This document shows positions 51,601 through 64,000 of a stretch of 64,000 bases of DNA, piece by piece. Within the stretch, counting starts at the first letter, position 1. Every line of letters begins with the position of its first letter. This DNA is from Bispira polyomma (taxonomy: Eukaryota), in NCBI GenBank assembly GCA_965649765.1, contig OZ287753.1, positions 13,888,001-13,952,000 on the forward strand, in the 5' to 3' direction. The notes under the pieces are model-generated. The model made no database searches and was not told the origin of the DNA. It saw only the letters and a program-made list of their open reading frames with translations. A program made the translations under genes and the position numbers.

Positions 51601-52938
51601 GTTTTCGTTTAAAATGAAAATTGAAAGGATCAATATATAGGTAAATCGCGATTTTTAAACCCCAAGTATATACATATCAATCTGTGTCCTTATACTGCAA
51701 GATTAGTTCTGGTGACGTTATTATGACGTTTCATATACAGGTGCTTCACGTTTTTGACAAATTACAGCTTTATATGATGGAATATATACTGCAAGGAAGA
51801 AAAATAGAAAATTAGGTCGCGTAATAATAATAATGGATAATAATGGCAAAATGCTAGAATATTTACAAGGAATAAAAAAAACTATTAATAAAAAAGAAGT
51901 ACACAGATAGATATACATGTGGTATTTACTAAACAATGCTAATGCAGAGTAGTTCTGATGACGTCATTATAACGTTTCATATAGAGTTTATAAAAATATA
52001 TACATCGAAATAAAACAAAAGGAAATGGATGGAAATCTGAAAAGAAGTAAGAAACAATATTTTGCCTTATATCTTCATGTTATTTCCATAATATTTTCTT
52101 GTTCTGCAAATGAGTAGTTCTGGTGACGTCAATATAACGTTTCATATACAGTGTATAAAAATATATACATCGAAATAAAACAAAAGGAAATGGATGGAAA
52201 TCTGAAAAGAAGTATGAAACAATATTTTGCATTATATCTTCATGTTATTTCCATAATATTTCCTTATTCTGCAAATGTAAAATATACTTGTAGTAACTCA
52301 AGTACATACACAGATTTTGACCGCTCAGATTATGTGCGTAATTTACAAAATATGGCTTCACAATTCCATTTCCTCAAATACCATTTAATTTATTTCTAAT
52401 TTCGAAGTAATAAAGCACTCTGCTCTGATTTCGAAACACAAGTAAGATATACTCTTTTTTTGCCATACAAATATATATAGCATTTTTAAAATTTACCTGT
52501 ATATTAATCCATTCAATTGGCATCCATTTTTGCTATGCAGAAGTCCATGTGTTTTTTTGTTAACAATAATCATCTGTTGATCACCGGAAATACCGTTTTA
52601 TAAAAAAATTGAAGATTGTGGCTTCACAATTAGATGCAATATCCTTAAATAAAACGTAAATAATATTTACCTTATGTATATCAGGCCTGCTTACACAGTT
52701 TTTGTTGCAATTATATGACTTAAACATATTAAACATAATTTAACAGTATAAACACCATTTTTTTTCAATATTTTGGTCACAATTATGGCAAAACTTCAAT
52801 AAAATCTCACCCTTTAACAAAAAGTAAATATAAATACTTTTGCATCTTCTGTCAAAATGTGAGGCCATTATTTAGATTAATAACTGTGAAATAGCATATT
52901 TTTCATCTCTTGGTATCTTGCAGAAGTTGCTTTGTTTA

Positions 52939-53046
52939 CCTACAACTCCATCTTGGGTGTTGATGGTCAATGTCTGTTTGTATGGAGCGCTTTCATTGGT
53001 TACTGTACCAGCTATTCTGATTGGCTGTTCACAGTCACGTGACGCT
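52939..53046 (-). promoter_or_regulatory. Candidate Pol II promoter / first exon in the palindrome loop
   Basis: Minus-strand order: GTCACGTGAC (53034-43), CCAAT (53020-24), CCAAT (52995-99), YY1-like CAAGATGG (52948-55), donor AG|GTAAAC (52939). Motif evidence only. Confidence 0.5.
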
Positions 53047-53107
53047 TCATAATAATAAATATTGCCTAATTAGAAGCACACAGAAATGAAGTAGCAAATT
53101 GAAGGGA

Positions 53108-56100
53108 TTAATATGTTTAAGTCATATAATTGCAACAAAAACTGTGTAAGCAGGCCTGATATACATAAGGTAAATATTATTTACGTTTTATTTAAGGATA
53201 TTGCATCTAATTGTGAAGCCACAATCTTCAATTTTTTTATAAAACGGTATTTCCGGTGATCAACAGATGATTATTGTTAACAAAAAAACACATGGACTTC
53301 TGCATAGCAAAAATGGATGCCAATTGAATGGATTAATATACAGGTAAATTTTAAAAATGCTATATATATTTGTATGGCAAAAAAAGAGTATATCTTACTT
53401 GTGTTTCGAAATCAGAGCAGAGTGCTTTATTACTTCGAAATTAGAAATAAATTAAATGGTATTTGAGGAAATGGAATTGTGAAGCCATATTTTGTAAATT
53501 ACGCACATAATCTGAGCGGTCAAAATCTGTGTATGTACTTGAGTTACTACAAGTATATTTTACATTTGCAGAATAAGGAAATATTATGGAAATAACATGA
53601 AGATATAATGCAAAATATTGTTTCATACTTCTTTTCAGATTTCCATCCATTTCCTTTTGTTTTATTTCGATGTATATATTTTTATACACTGTATATGAAA
53701 CGTTATATTGACGTCACCAGAACTACTCATTTGCAGAATAAGAAAATATTATGGAAATAACATGAAGATATAAGGCAAAATATTGTTTCTTACTTCTTTT
53801 CAGATTTCCATCCATTTCCTTTTGTTTTATTTCGATGTATATATTTTTATAAACTCTATATGAAACGTTATAATGACGTCATCAGAACTACTCTGCATTA
53901 GCATTGTTTAGTAAATACCACATGTATATCTATCTGTGTACTTCTTTTTTATTAATAGTTTTTTTATTCCTTGTAAATATTCTAGCATTTTGCCATTATT
54001 ATCCATTATTATTATTACGCGACCTAATTTTCTATTTTTCTTCCTTGCAGTATATATTCCATCATATAAAGCTGTAATTTGTCAAAAACGTGAAGCACCT
54101 GTATATGAAACGTCATAATAACGTCACCAGAACTAATCTTGCAGTATAAGGACACAGATTGATATGTATATACTTGGGGTTTAAAAATCGCGATTTACCT
54201 ATATATTGATCCCTTCAATTTTCATTTTAAATGAAAACATTGAAGCGTAGAAATGGTATCCAACGACACGTTATTTACTATTCTGCAACGACCTTCACCC
54301 TATCCATCTGTGTACTTCACAGGAAATATGTTGAGAAAACTTATATTTGAATGACGATGCTGTCTGCATATTGCCCTTGATATATCCTTTTATTTTCGTT
54401 ATATTTGTAGTTGTATATAAATATAGTTTGTGGACACCAGAACTACTCCTCCATCAGCATTGTCCAGTAAATGACACGTGTATATCTATCTGTGTATGTC
54501 TTTTTTTATTAATAGCTTTTTTCTTCCTAGCATATATTCTAGAATTTTGCCGTTATTATTCATACGGGACCTAATTTTCCATTTTTCTTCCTTGTAGTAT
54601 ATATTCCATAATTTTAAGCTGCTATTTGTCAACGACGTGAAGCACCTAACAACCTTCACCCCAAGTATGCATGCATATCTATCTGTGTACTTCACAGGAA
54701 TTACCTTGATACGTAGAAATGGTGTGTGTATTATGCCAACGTCTATATTAGAAGGAAGCAATTAACGAAACTTCCCAAATGAGGCTTTGATCTTTGAATT
54801 CAGAACATACATTAGTGTATGATATTTGAAGGAAGCAATTAACAGAACGGCTTCATGTTATGCTAAACTGTTTTAGTATATTGTGGTTATATACCTGGAT
54901 ATATTTCAGTCATATATTTAAACTACATTATATTTTATCATTTAAGGGTCTATTTGCAAGTATTTATTTTATGTTAAAGCGTTTGCTACATATAAAAGTC
55001 CATCTGTCTTTTTTGTAAACAATAATCAGCTGTTGTCTACGTCTATCTTCCTGGCAAGGTATATATGTCTAAATGTAAGTTCAGACAGTTAAATATCCTT
55101 ATATGGAGGTTGGGTGCTTTCTAAGGTGATTGCCTAACTTGCAAAGACGTCTCTTTATTATGGTTCACATACATGTGCTTCACTTCCGATGTATATATCA
55201 ACCACAGACGTACTAAAAAACAAGGTCAGTTAATTAATCTATAAATCGATGAAACTTGCTTAAAAATATATACAGTGGAGCATAATAATATTACACAGTG
55301 TATTATAAAATGAAGGGAATATAAAGTATTTACCTGTATATGATTCCCTTCAATTTTGCTTTTTAGTTATATATCTATCGGCCAATCCCATCATCATGTG
55401 TTGTAACAATACTTCCTATATATTACACTGCATTGCTTTGAAGTACTTTGTACACTAATAAAAGACTGTAGTGTGGCGCTGTGTAGCGGTCGAAACCAAA
55501 GTTAGAAGTGGTGTGTTATAGCGACTTACAAGAAATGTCAGAAAGTCGGCAGCAAGTGAGCAGAAAGTACAGAAGATTAAAATACTAACTTCCATATAAG
55601 GATATTAAACTGTCCATATACAGCAGCAGTACATACAAATGAGCAGTTTACAAAGGCAATTTTATGCTATATATATCTATATTATAATTGGCCAATCAGG
55701 AACTCGCCCCATCTGAGACCCTATTTTTACTTCAAAGGGATGAAGTATATTACAAGATTCATCAACACATGTTTATCTGTACTTATGTACTACACGAAAA
55801 TTGAAGGGATTAATCTACAGGTAAATACTTTATATCCCCTTCATTTATAGATACAGATATATGAAAGAATTTTTTGCCCGTTTTATAACAATTTATTTTT
55901 TAATATAATTAACTTAATAACCCTGCCTCGTTGTACACCATTTCTACGCTTCATTTATTCTTCACACAATGTGCTCATATAATATTTAAATCCAAACTTC
56001 GTTTTTAATTTTCTCTGTATATGTCGATTCTGTTAATTGCTTCTTTCAAATATCATATACTAATATATGTTCCCCAGTCAAGGATATATACAAGAAGAAA

Positions 56101-59100
56101 CATAGTGAATATATGAAATTATATATATCTTACGTATACAGCAGACTGATGCAACGGCCTATTTGTAGGTCCATATACAGTTTAATTTCCTTATATGGAA
56201 GTTGGTACTTGGTACTTTTGTTGACGTTTCAATTAACCCGTCTAAGAGGTCTGACCTTTGACTCGTGTGATTGAACTTGATCGATGGCCATTTTTTAATG
56301 TTGTTTACATATTATTTAATGCCACAAATGTATCAGTTTCGAAAGCTGTGGAGGAACTTTCGCAAACTAAACAAATTGTGATAGATTAAAGCAACTATAT
56401 GTGCATATGGGGCAAGATATATATACATACATTTAAGGGTACATCTATTGAGATTTCCATCCATCTTGCTTTCCTACAAATAATGGAGCATTTTTCAGTT
56501 TTTGCTACACACGTAGTTGAAATTTATGTACTTACTTACTTTATGTACTGAAATACCTATAATAAAAAAACACTGTAGTGTTGCGCTGTCTAGTGGTCAA
56601 AACCAAAATGAAAAAGCGTGTGTTCTCACAACTTGGAGCAAGTTACATGAAATTTACAGGTATCTCATCGGTATAGGTGTATATATATCATATATATATC
56701 TTCAAACCCATACTTTTCCTTGTATATCTAACTTTGTTTACTTGTCTGTCCAAGCGTGGAAAGATGAGGAAAAATGCGGTAATTACGAGGCCAAAGTAAT
56801 AAATGTCTTTAACAAACAAAAAAAAAAAGAAATAGTAAATATATTGTAAGATGCTCCTCATCCTTGGTACCAACCAGTATTGACTACGAAAAATGAAGTA
56901 AAAATAATGTAAGGAAATAGTCAAAAGTGCTGTCCTAAAAATTGAAAAAAAAACAATCACATAATCTAGATGATAAACATCTAGATAAAAAATGTAAAGT
57001 TTCGTTGGTAAATTATTTCTTTTACATTAAGTATTTACCATATATATAATATTTAGCCATTCGGTGTAGCAAACACAGGACAGAACAAAATCAGCTTTAA
57101 ATGTGCTGTACATAATTTTTATTACAAGGTGACTGAAACAATATGAATGCCTTGTTAAACTTTGATTGAATAATAGATTTTAAACTAGATCAAAGCAAAT
57201 GCAAAGAGAAAAAAATGAATGTTAATTGTTTTACTTCTATAGCGCCACAATCAATGACCAGGCATCCTCTGTGGCGCATATCCTAGTCAGTGTGCAAGAG
57301 CATAGTCCGGTAGACAGAAAAGGTTTGTGATCGGAGCTTCAGTCGTGACCATCAGATGGCATGCTAAGGTGGAAAAGCGAGCTGATACAAATGTGTTTTG
57401 AGCCTTTTTCTGAAACCCATGACGCTTGTCTCAGTCCGAAGACTGATAGGGAGGCTATTCCACTCAGCAGGTGCTGCAACTGCGAATGATTTTGAACCAG
57501 CTTGTTTTTTTGGTTGGAAACCAGAGGTGGAGAGACAATTGAATCTGGTGAGACTGCTGAGAGACAGCATAGATGATAAGTAGGCAGGTTGATGTACATG
57601 GACTGTCTTAAATGAGGACAATTTGAAGTTAATGCAAAACTCAATAGGTAACCAATGTAATTGTTTCAGCAGGGGAGTAGTGTTAGTGCGAGGGCCAGCA
57701 TGGCTTAGTATTCTGCACAGGTTATTTTGTATTTTCTGTAGTTTTGGCCCTTTCCAATTCCATATAGTAGTGAGTTACAGTAATCTAGTCGACTTGATAC
57801 CAGGGCATTTGCCACTGCAATGGCATTTTCTTGGGTTAAATATCGTCGAATCCTGCGGAAGTCACGGATGTTGCCGTAGCAGGAATGACAGATATTCGAG
57901 ACATGTTTTATGAAGGAGAAGTCAGAGTCAAAAGTAACTCCTAGGTTCTTCGCACTGTCAGCAGGAACAGTGCCGTTACCAAGGAGAGTAGCAGGGAAGA
58001 AGTCAAGAACCTTTTCTCTCTGATGTTTTGAGCCAATGAGTAGGAATTCTGTTTTGTCAGGGTTGAATTTCAATTTTGAATTATTCATCCAAGATTCAAT
58101 CGAAGACAGGCAGCTAGATAGCTGTTCCAGTAATAATTAAATTGTCTAAACTTTTGAATAAGTAAATGAACATTATGAAATTATCAATATTATTTTGAGC
58201 AGATAATGGTCGACAGACAAATCAGTATTTAAGGAAGTTTACATGTATTGGATTAAAAAGTCTGTTATAATGTAATATGCAAGCTGTTGATCTGTAACTG
58301 TCATAAGTTTTCCAGGTTATGTTTCTGAACTAGTAGACTTAATAGATTATCGTGTTACTCTTTAGGAGTAGCCTTGCATCAATAATAATATACTACAATC
58401 TAGAAAACATAAAGTTGTTTGCATAATGCTGGAAATGAACACTCAGCCTAGGCTTCCTTTCAACTTATTTTTGCCAAATTTGTCGTTCACTATTTGATGT
58501 TATGAAGTGCTTCCTTTCATCAGATTTTCATCAATTGTGAGCAGATGTCTGTACCACCATCAGATTAAATCGGATGAAAGTAAACGCTACATTGGTTGAT
58601 GTCGGCTTGACTCTGATTTGAATAGATCGGCCGACGTCGGGATTGGCTGAAAGGAAGCCCAGGTATAAAGTGTCTTATAATCTGGGGATATGTGCATATA
58701 ATTTGGGCTAAAAAACTTGTTTTGTATTGGCAAAGTGTGGATGAAATTAATCAATGTATTTGTGCTGCAAAATGTGATGTCATCTTATTTTAATTTTTTT
58801 TAATGTAGCTTAACTAAATGATGCAGCACAACTTCGAGTGATGCATGCAATTTTTTTTTTCATTCAAGTGAAAAAAAAAATTTTTATTCGCAAAGCATTG
58901 CTGTGATGTGTTTCTTGTATTATACCTAGGAGACCACAATGGAGGGGTCATGTTATTAAATTAATTAGTATACATCAAGTATTTATCTTTTACTATTCCA
59001 ACATATTTATCTTAGTTTCTTGCAATAACAGACTAGTTGCAACTATATCGATTATAATTCCAAGCGGTATGTGTGAGGAATTGTTGTCGGCAAAACCACA

Positions 59101-62100
59101 TGCCACATTTTATTACGTTTTTTACATTCTAGAGCCTCATTTATCTAAAACCAGTTCCCCTAAATAGTGTTTAGATTTTAGAATGCGTGAGGACAAAACA
59201 GTCACAGACAACAACGGCAATGTTCCAGTAAAGAAAAATTATAATCCCCGTTGTTTGTGGACCAGGTGCTATTAAGAGGGATTGACTTGAAGTCCAAATC
59301 TGCACATTTTACCCCACAGTATATGGGGTTTTGTTTTCACATATTTAGTCCAAATATCCATAGGGGTGTATGCTAGGAAAAGGCAGGTTTTCAATTCACC
59401 TAATGATTGTGGGGTTTCTGTATCTACCAGTTGCAAATGTTTTAGCCAAGCCAGAATCATTTGTTGTGTGCTATGTCGGATCTTACGTCAGTATGGCTCC
59501 TTTTTTCAAAAGGCTCCATTGGCTACCTATCAAGTACCGCATCATCTTCAAGACCAATGTCACTACATACAAAGCTCTCATCATTTGTCAGCCCAAATAT
59601 CTTGCCTCAATGCCGTCTTTCAGCAGACTTACTAGGGGAAACAGAATCTCAGTCTCTGATATCAGTACCAGCACCGGTAAAATGGATCCTATGCCTTGTT
59701 AATTGCAGAACCCACGCTATGAAACAATTTATCAACCAATATAAGATCCCAGAAAACTTACTGGTTTCATAAGCTTAACACTTTAGGACATGCCTGGCAT
59801 CAATTATGCATGTTATAAATCTATTATATCATACACCATTATGAAGCTAGTATTTCTATTCTTCCATATTTGTTGATTTAATTCAGTATATTTACGTATG
59901 TTACAGTTAAGGCTAAATGACATTTAAACTAATTTAATGTACTAACCTTTGAAGAGCAAGAACCCTACCTAGTGGCTATTCACAAATAGTAACTCCACAC
60001 AGTGCACTTACGAAATAGTCACTCAACATGAGATGTTGATAAACACTATTAAGGTTTTAATAGGAGAAAAAAGTCTTTATATGTAGTGAATTTATTAGCA
60101 TCCCGTCTTTCAAAATTTACCTTTTCTTGATTTCCTTTTGATTAAAAATATTCTGAACAGAAGAATGGCTTGGCGGCCATTTCATAATAATGCTACTACA
60201 AAACAAGTTACTGACAAGTCTGAAAATAGTGAACCAGTAACTATATAGCTGTCCAAATTGAAAAGGACACAGTCACTACAGGGTCAGTCTTCATTGGTAA
60301 TAATACAATTTGAATTTGGATATTTTTAACGTCCACTCTAGTACCTTTTAGCAGGTTATATTGGGACGGGTAGTTGGAAACGCTGGAGGAAACACTGCAT
60401 ACAGTCGGTCAAGGTTCTGCAGAGAAACCAGCGGCCCACAATAAGGAACTACCACCTTTCCCACATAGGCATCAGCGGCATTCGAACTCACGCCACCCAG
60501 AGGTGAGAGACAAGTGATTGTGAAGCGCAATGCTTGCTAACCACTAGGCCACTGCGGCCCCGGCGATAATACAAAATGTTAGGAATATCAGAGAATGCTG
60601 TTTACATTTTCGGCCTCATTTTCATTGTTTCTAAATCCCCAAATAGGAGATTTGCTAGCAGAAAGCATTGTCGGGGAAAGAATGTAACTTCTATTATCAC
60701 TCACGGTTCTCTTTTTTTTCCCTAAATAAATGGTACTTGCTTCTATTTGGGGTTTTCACCTTTTGTTATTTTATAACTGAATCGTGAAGTGATGTTACAT
60801 ATTTTACTGCATATTCTTCAACTTCATAGAATCTTAAAATTCTAGCTCCATTGCAAACAGAAATGTGGGTTGTTGAGATATGATTTTTGATATATCGTTT
60901 TCCTTAGAAATATATAAAAATTCATTAAATAAAGAAGGCATAAACACCAAATAGAAGCAAGTACCTTGTGCGTGTTTTTTTTAATAAAAACTAGAGAACT
61001 GCTTTGTAAATAAAAAAAAATTGTTATTACACTGCAAAAACAAAGCGTCCCAATGGGATTTTTCTTTTTCATAGTTTCAAAAATTGTTCATGTTTAATTC
61101 AAGGTTATAATTTGGCCATTTTGTATCGGATCACTTCCAAAAGTTTATGTTGTCCAGATATCTATATATGAAATCTACTTGCCAAATTTTATAAGAATAG
61201 ATAAAGTGCTTTTTAAGTTTTCATCCAGACAATCAAACCCTTTTAGAAAACCTGTTTTTGGTCATGTAACTTCTCTGATTGGTTGAAATGATACCATATT
61301 CACAAAAATTACCCAGGGCTACTGACACATGTGCTAAATTTGAAAAGAACCTTCCCATTGGTTGCTGAGCTATAGCCAATAGAAAATGCGGGAGCCGGCG
61401 GAGCCTGCGGTTCCTTCCGCATGAATTTTCTCCGGTATACAAACAAGCGTTCCAAATGCATTTAAAGTTTGACACAGAAGAAAATTTACACTAATTATAT
61501 ACTTTGTCCACTAAAATGTAGGTTATATAGGCAGGCTATATAACAGTTACAAAAAGATATATGCAACAAATGTAGGAATCTAGAATGTTCTTGAATTAAT
61601 AAACATGTAAACTCTAATGCTTGAAAAAACAATAGTTTTTCGCTATAGTTCCATTGAATGATAAAACATACAATACAAAGTTTATTTCTATACTTTTACT
61701 TTGCAATATTTTTGAAAGGAAATTGCATATATTTTAAGGATTAAGAATTAGATGATATTAATTAAAATCAAAATAATTTGTTGATGTTTAGTGCCCATTT
61801 ATAATAAATAGTCGACACTATTTACCATGCTACTCTCCTGGGCCGCCTCAAACACATGTATGGCTTATCAGGTGTTGCCCTCAAATGGTTTATGTCTGTC
61901 AAATAGGTGTCAGTCTATAAAGATTTGCAGCGCTATATCTGTTCTAAGTATCCTGAAGTACAGGGTACCACAGGGATCAGTTCTGGGCCCCATCTGGTTT
62001 TTATGTACACTACACCTCTAGAAAAAATCATCTCTGCCTTTAAACCACTGAAATACCATTTTTATGCAGATGATACTCAGATCTCGAGAGGTGCCTAAGC

Positions 62101-63885
62101 GAGATCCAATCACGGATGAATTCAAACAAGCTCAAGCTTAATTCTTATAAGACTGAGTTTATGGTTTTTGGAGCAGTAGCCATGCGAAAGAGGTTAGAAC
62201 CTCTACTCCCAACCCACATACTTGGCAAGAGGTTTGAGGCGGCTGAATCAGTGCGGAACCTGGGTGTCATATTCGACTGCAATTTTTCTTTCAAAAAGCA
62301 GGTGGATGCTGTTTGCAGGTCATGTTTTGTTGGACTTCGAGACGTATGGAGAACAAGGCAGTACCTACCAAGGACGATGGCCGTCTCGGCGGCAAACACA
62401 CCTGTCAGTAGCAGACTCAACTACTGCAATTCACTATATCGTGGTTTATCCAAAGGTAACCTGAGAAGATTGCAGTGTCTGCAAAATGCGTTGGTACGAG
62501 TTGTCACAGGTTTCCGCAAGTGGTCCCACATTACACCAGTGCTCAAGTCCCCACATTGGCTACCAGTTAATGAGAGAATTGCTTTCAAAACTGCAACCCT
62601 TATTTACAGACATTTGGACTCTGGGCAGCTGCAGTACTTCCATAAATACATAAATTACTACACATCCTGTCAATACCAGACGTACTGTTGCTACAAAGAA
62701 ATACCTAATTCTTCCCACCTTTAATCCTCGGATTCATAAGTTTAAAACTCACTTTGATCGATCATTTGCAAATGACGGATCTAAACATTGGAACAGCCTC
62801 CCGCTTGTTGTACGACCTGCCCCCACACGTTCATCTTTCAGGCGTGAGCTTAAGACTCCCCTGTTTCATGAAGCCTATCACCGTTAGCACATTCTCCTCT
62901 GGTTGCGCAAATGCTTTCTGATGCAGACCCGTTTTTTCCCCACGAACTTATGCTACTCATTATGTTTTATCTCGCCTTAGAATGTGATATACATCAAAAT
63001 TAAGTGCACAAAAAGTTTGTATATAATAATAATTTATATGTTATAATGTACAGATAAAATATAATTCTTGGTATAACAGTTCACTATTATGTAAAAACAT
63101 GTAACCTACAAGAAAATAAATTTTTGGCAATGTATAGTCTACTGGTCTAAATTTATGACAGGCTGATGTGTAATAGTAAAATTATCCAAGTGGTGTATAT
63201 TAAAAAAAAACATAAAAAAAATTAAAACTGTTCTATATGCAGTTGCCAAATGAATCATACTCCACACAAGTAGCAAAAAGATCTCCATTGGAGTCAAAAT
63301 AATACGAGTAACCAAACACTTCAAGATCATATTTATAGTATTCTGCCATTTTGTCTACCCACATCGTCTTGTTTTCCAACTTTGAGAAAATAGGCAAATA
63401 ACGGCCAAGTGTTGTTGTGTATGTTGTAGAGAGTGTTGTGTTTTTCCTCCTGACATTCCATCTCTTGTTTGTGCCATACCCTGACAGTAATTGATTAGTA
63501 ACAATGTTGAGATCCCCTGTCATTGTTTCTAATTTGGCAATATATCTGTAATCAAAACAAGGAAAAAAATGATTTAAATATTAGATAACTAAAATGTAAG
63601 TATGATCACAAAAATTGCAAACAATACTTTATCTACCATCAGATGACAGCATTAAATTATAAGGAGCAACTTTATTTTTACCATCGTGATCTAAGTAAAA
63701 TGAGAGACTTCATTTAAAATATATCTTTCCATCCATAGTCAGCTGATGAATTATGTAGAATATTCTTCAATCAACGTCTATTCTAAATGCAAATATGACT
63801 ACAGACATGTTTGCTTTAACTTTTGTTTAAAATTTTGTTGGTTTTACGTTGCGTAGATCATATCATCGCTACATAGAGTGGCCAA
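53108..63885 (-). repeat. Right arm of giant inverted repeat
   Basis: Reverse complement of 41950-52732. About 25-30 differences noticed by eye (not exhaustive). Confidence 0.98.
63233..63545 (-). pseudogene. Inverted duplicate of the sulfotransferase terminal exon (open frame, R>G change)
   Basis: Mirror of 42290-42602 with an intact acceptor. Upstream exons are not in the window, so it could belong to a complete paralog. Confidence 0.85.
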
Positions 63886-64000
63886 CTATTGAGTTTCGTA
63901 TTAAATTTAAGGTAATTGTCCTCACTTTTAAGACAGTTCATGTGCATCAACCTGCCTATTTATCTTCTATGCTGTCTCTTAGCGATCCCACCAGAGGCAA
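63886..64000 (+). mobile_element. L2-group LINE fragment starting exactly where right-arm homology stops
   Basis: CTATTGAGTTTCGTATTAAATTTAAGGTAATTGTCCTC.. matches 5300-5413. Confidence 0.9.

Larger units (their letters stand above)
41950..52732 (+). repeat. Left arm of giant inverted repeat (~10.8 kb)
   Basis: ORFs in the track have mirror copies with coordinate sums of 105834-105840. Boundaries were read at base level. Confidence 0.98.

Noticed and set aside
49200-56600. Giant palindrome as a Polinton/Maverick or other single transposon with very long TIRs
   Set aside because: The arms contain a host exon, intron and unrelated TEs, the interior is only 375 bp, and no transposase, polymerase or TSD is visible.
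48877-56960. Identical mirrored short ORFs (e.g. 52151/53441, 51078/54486)
   Set aside because: Identity is due to the recent palindrome. They are AT-rich, have no domains, and most use non-ATG starts.

Overview
AT-rich, repeat-dense eukaryotic DNA, most likely an invertebrate animal; nothing looks prokaryotic. One host gene can be reconstructed: a 7-coding-exon, ~402-aa Golgi type II carbohydrate sulfotransferase (CHST/Sulfotransfer_2 family, + strand, 22954-42602). Its stem is built from three duplicated 51-nt microexons. Mobile elements include two decayed Gypsy LTR retrotransposons, an Ngaro-type tyrosine-recombinase retrotransposon nested inside an older DIRS1-like relic, a young tRNA-derived SINE family (6 near-full copies plus fragments), L2/CR1-group LINE 3' fragments, several MITEs and a Harbinger MADF relic. 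The most striking structure is a ~22-kb near-perfect palindrome (arms 41950-52732 and 53108-63885, 375-bp loop). It duplicates the last sulfotransferase exon in antisense, has a promoter-like motif cluster in its loop, shows 7-bp microhomology at the fold-back junction, and surrounds a mosaic of older inverted fragments. Other notable items are a splice-acceptor-led double C2H2 zinc-finger ORF in the env position of the first Gypsy element, and a 420-bp fold-back element with a Penelope-type hammerhead core on each strand. Everything was read by eye with no database searches; family names are inferences from motifs.
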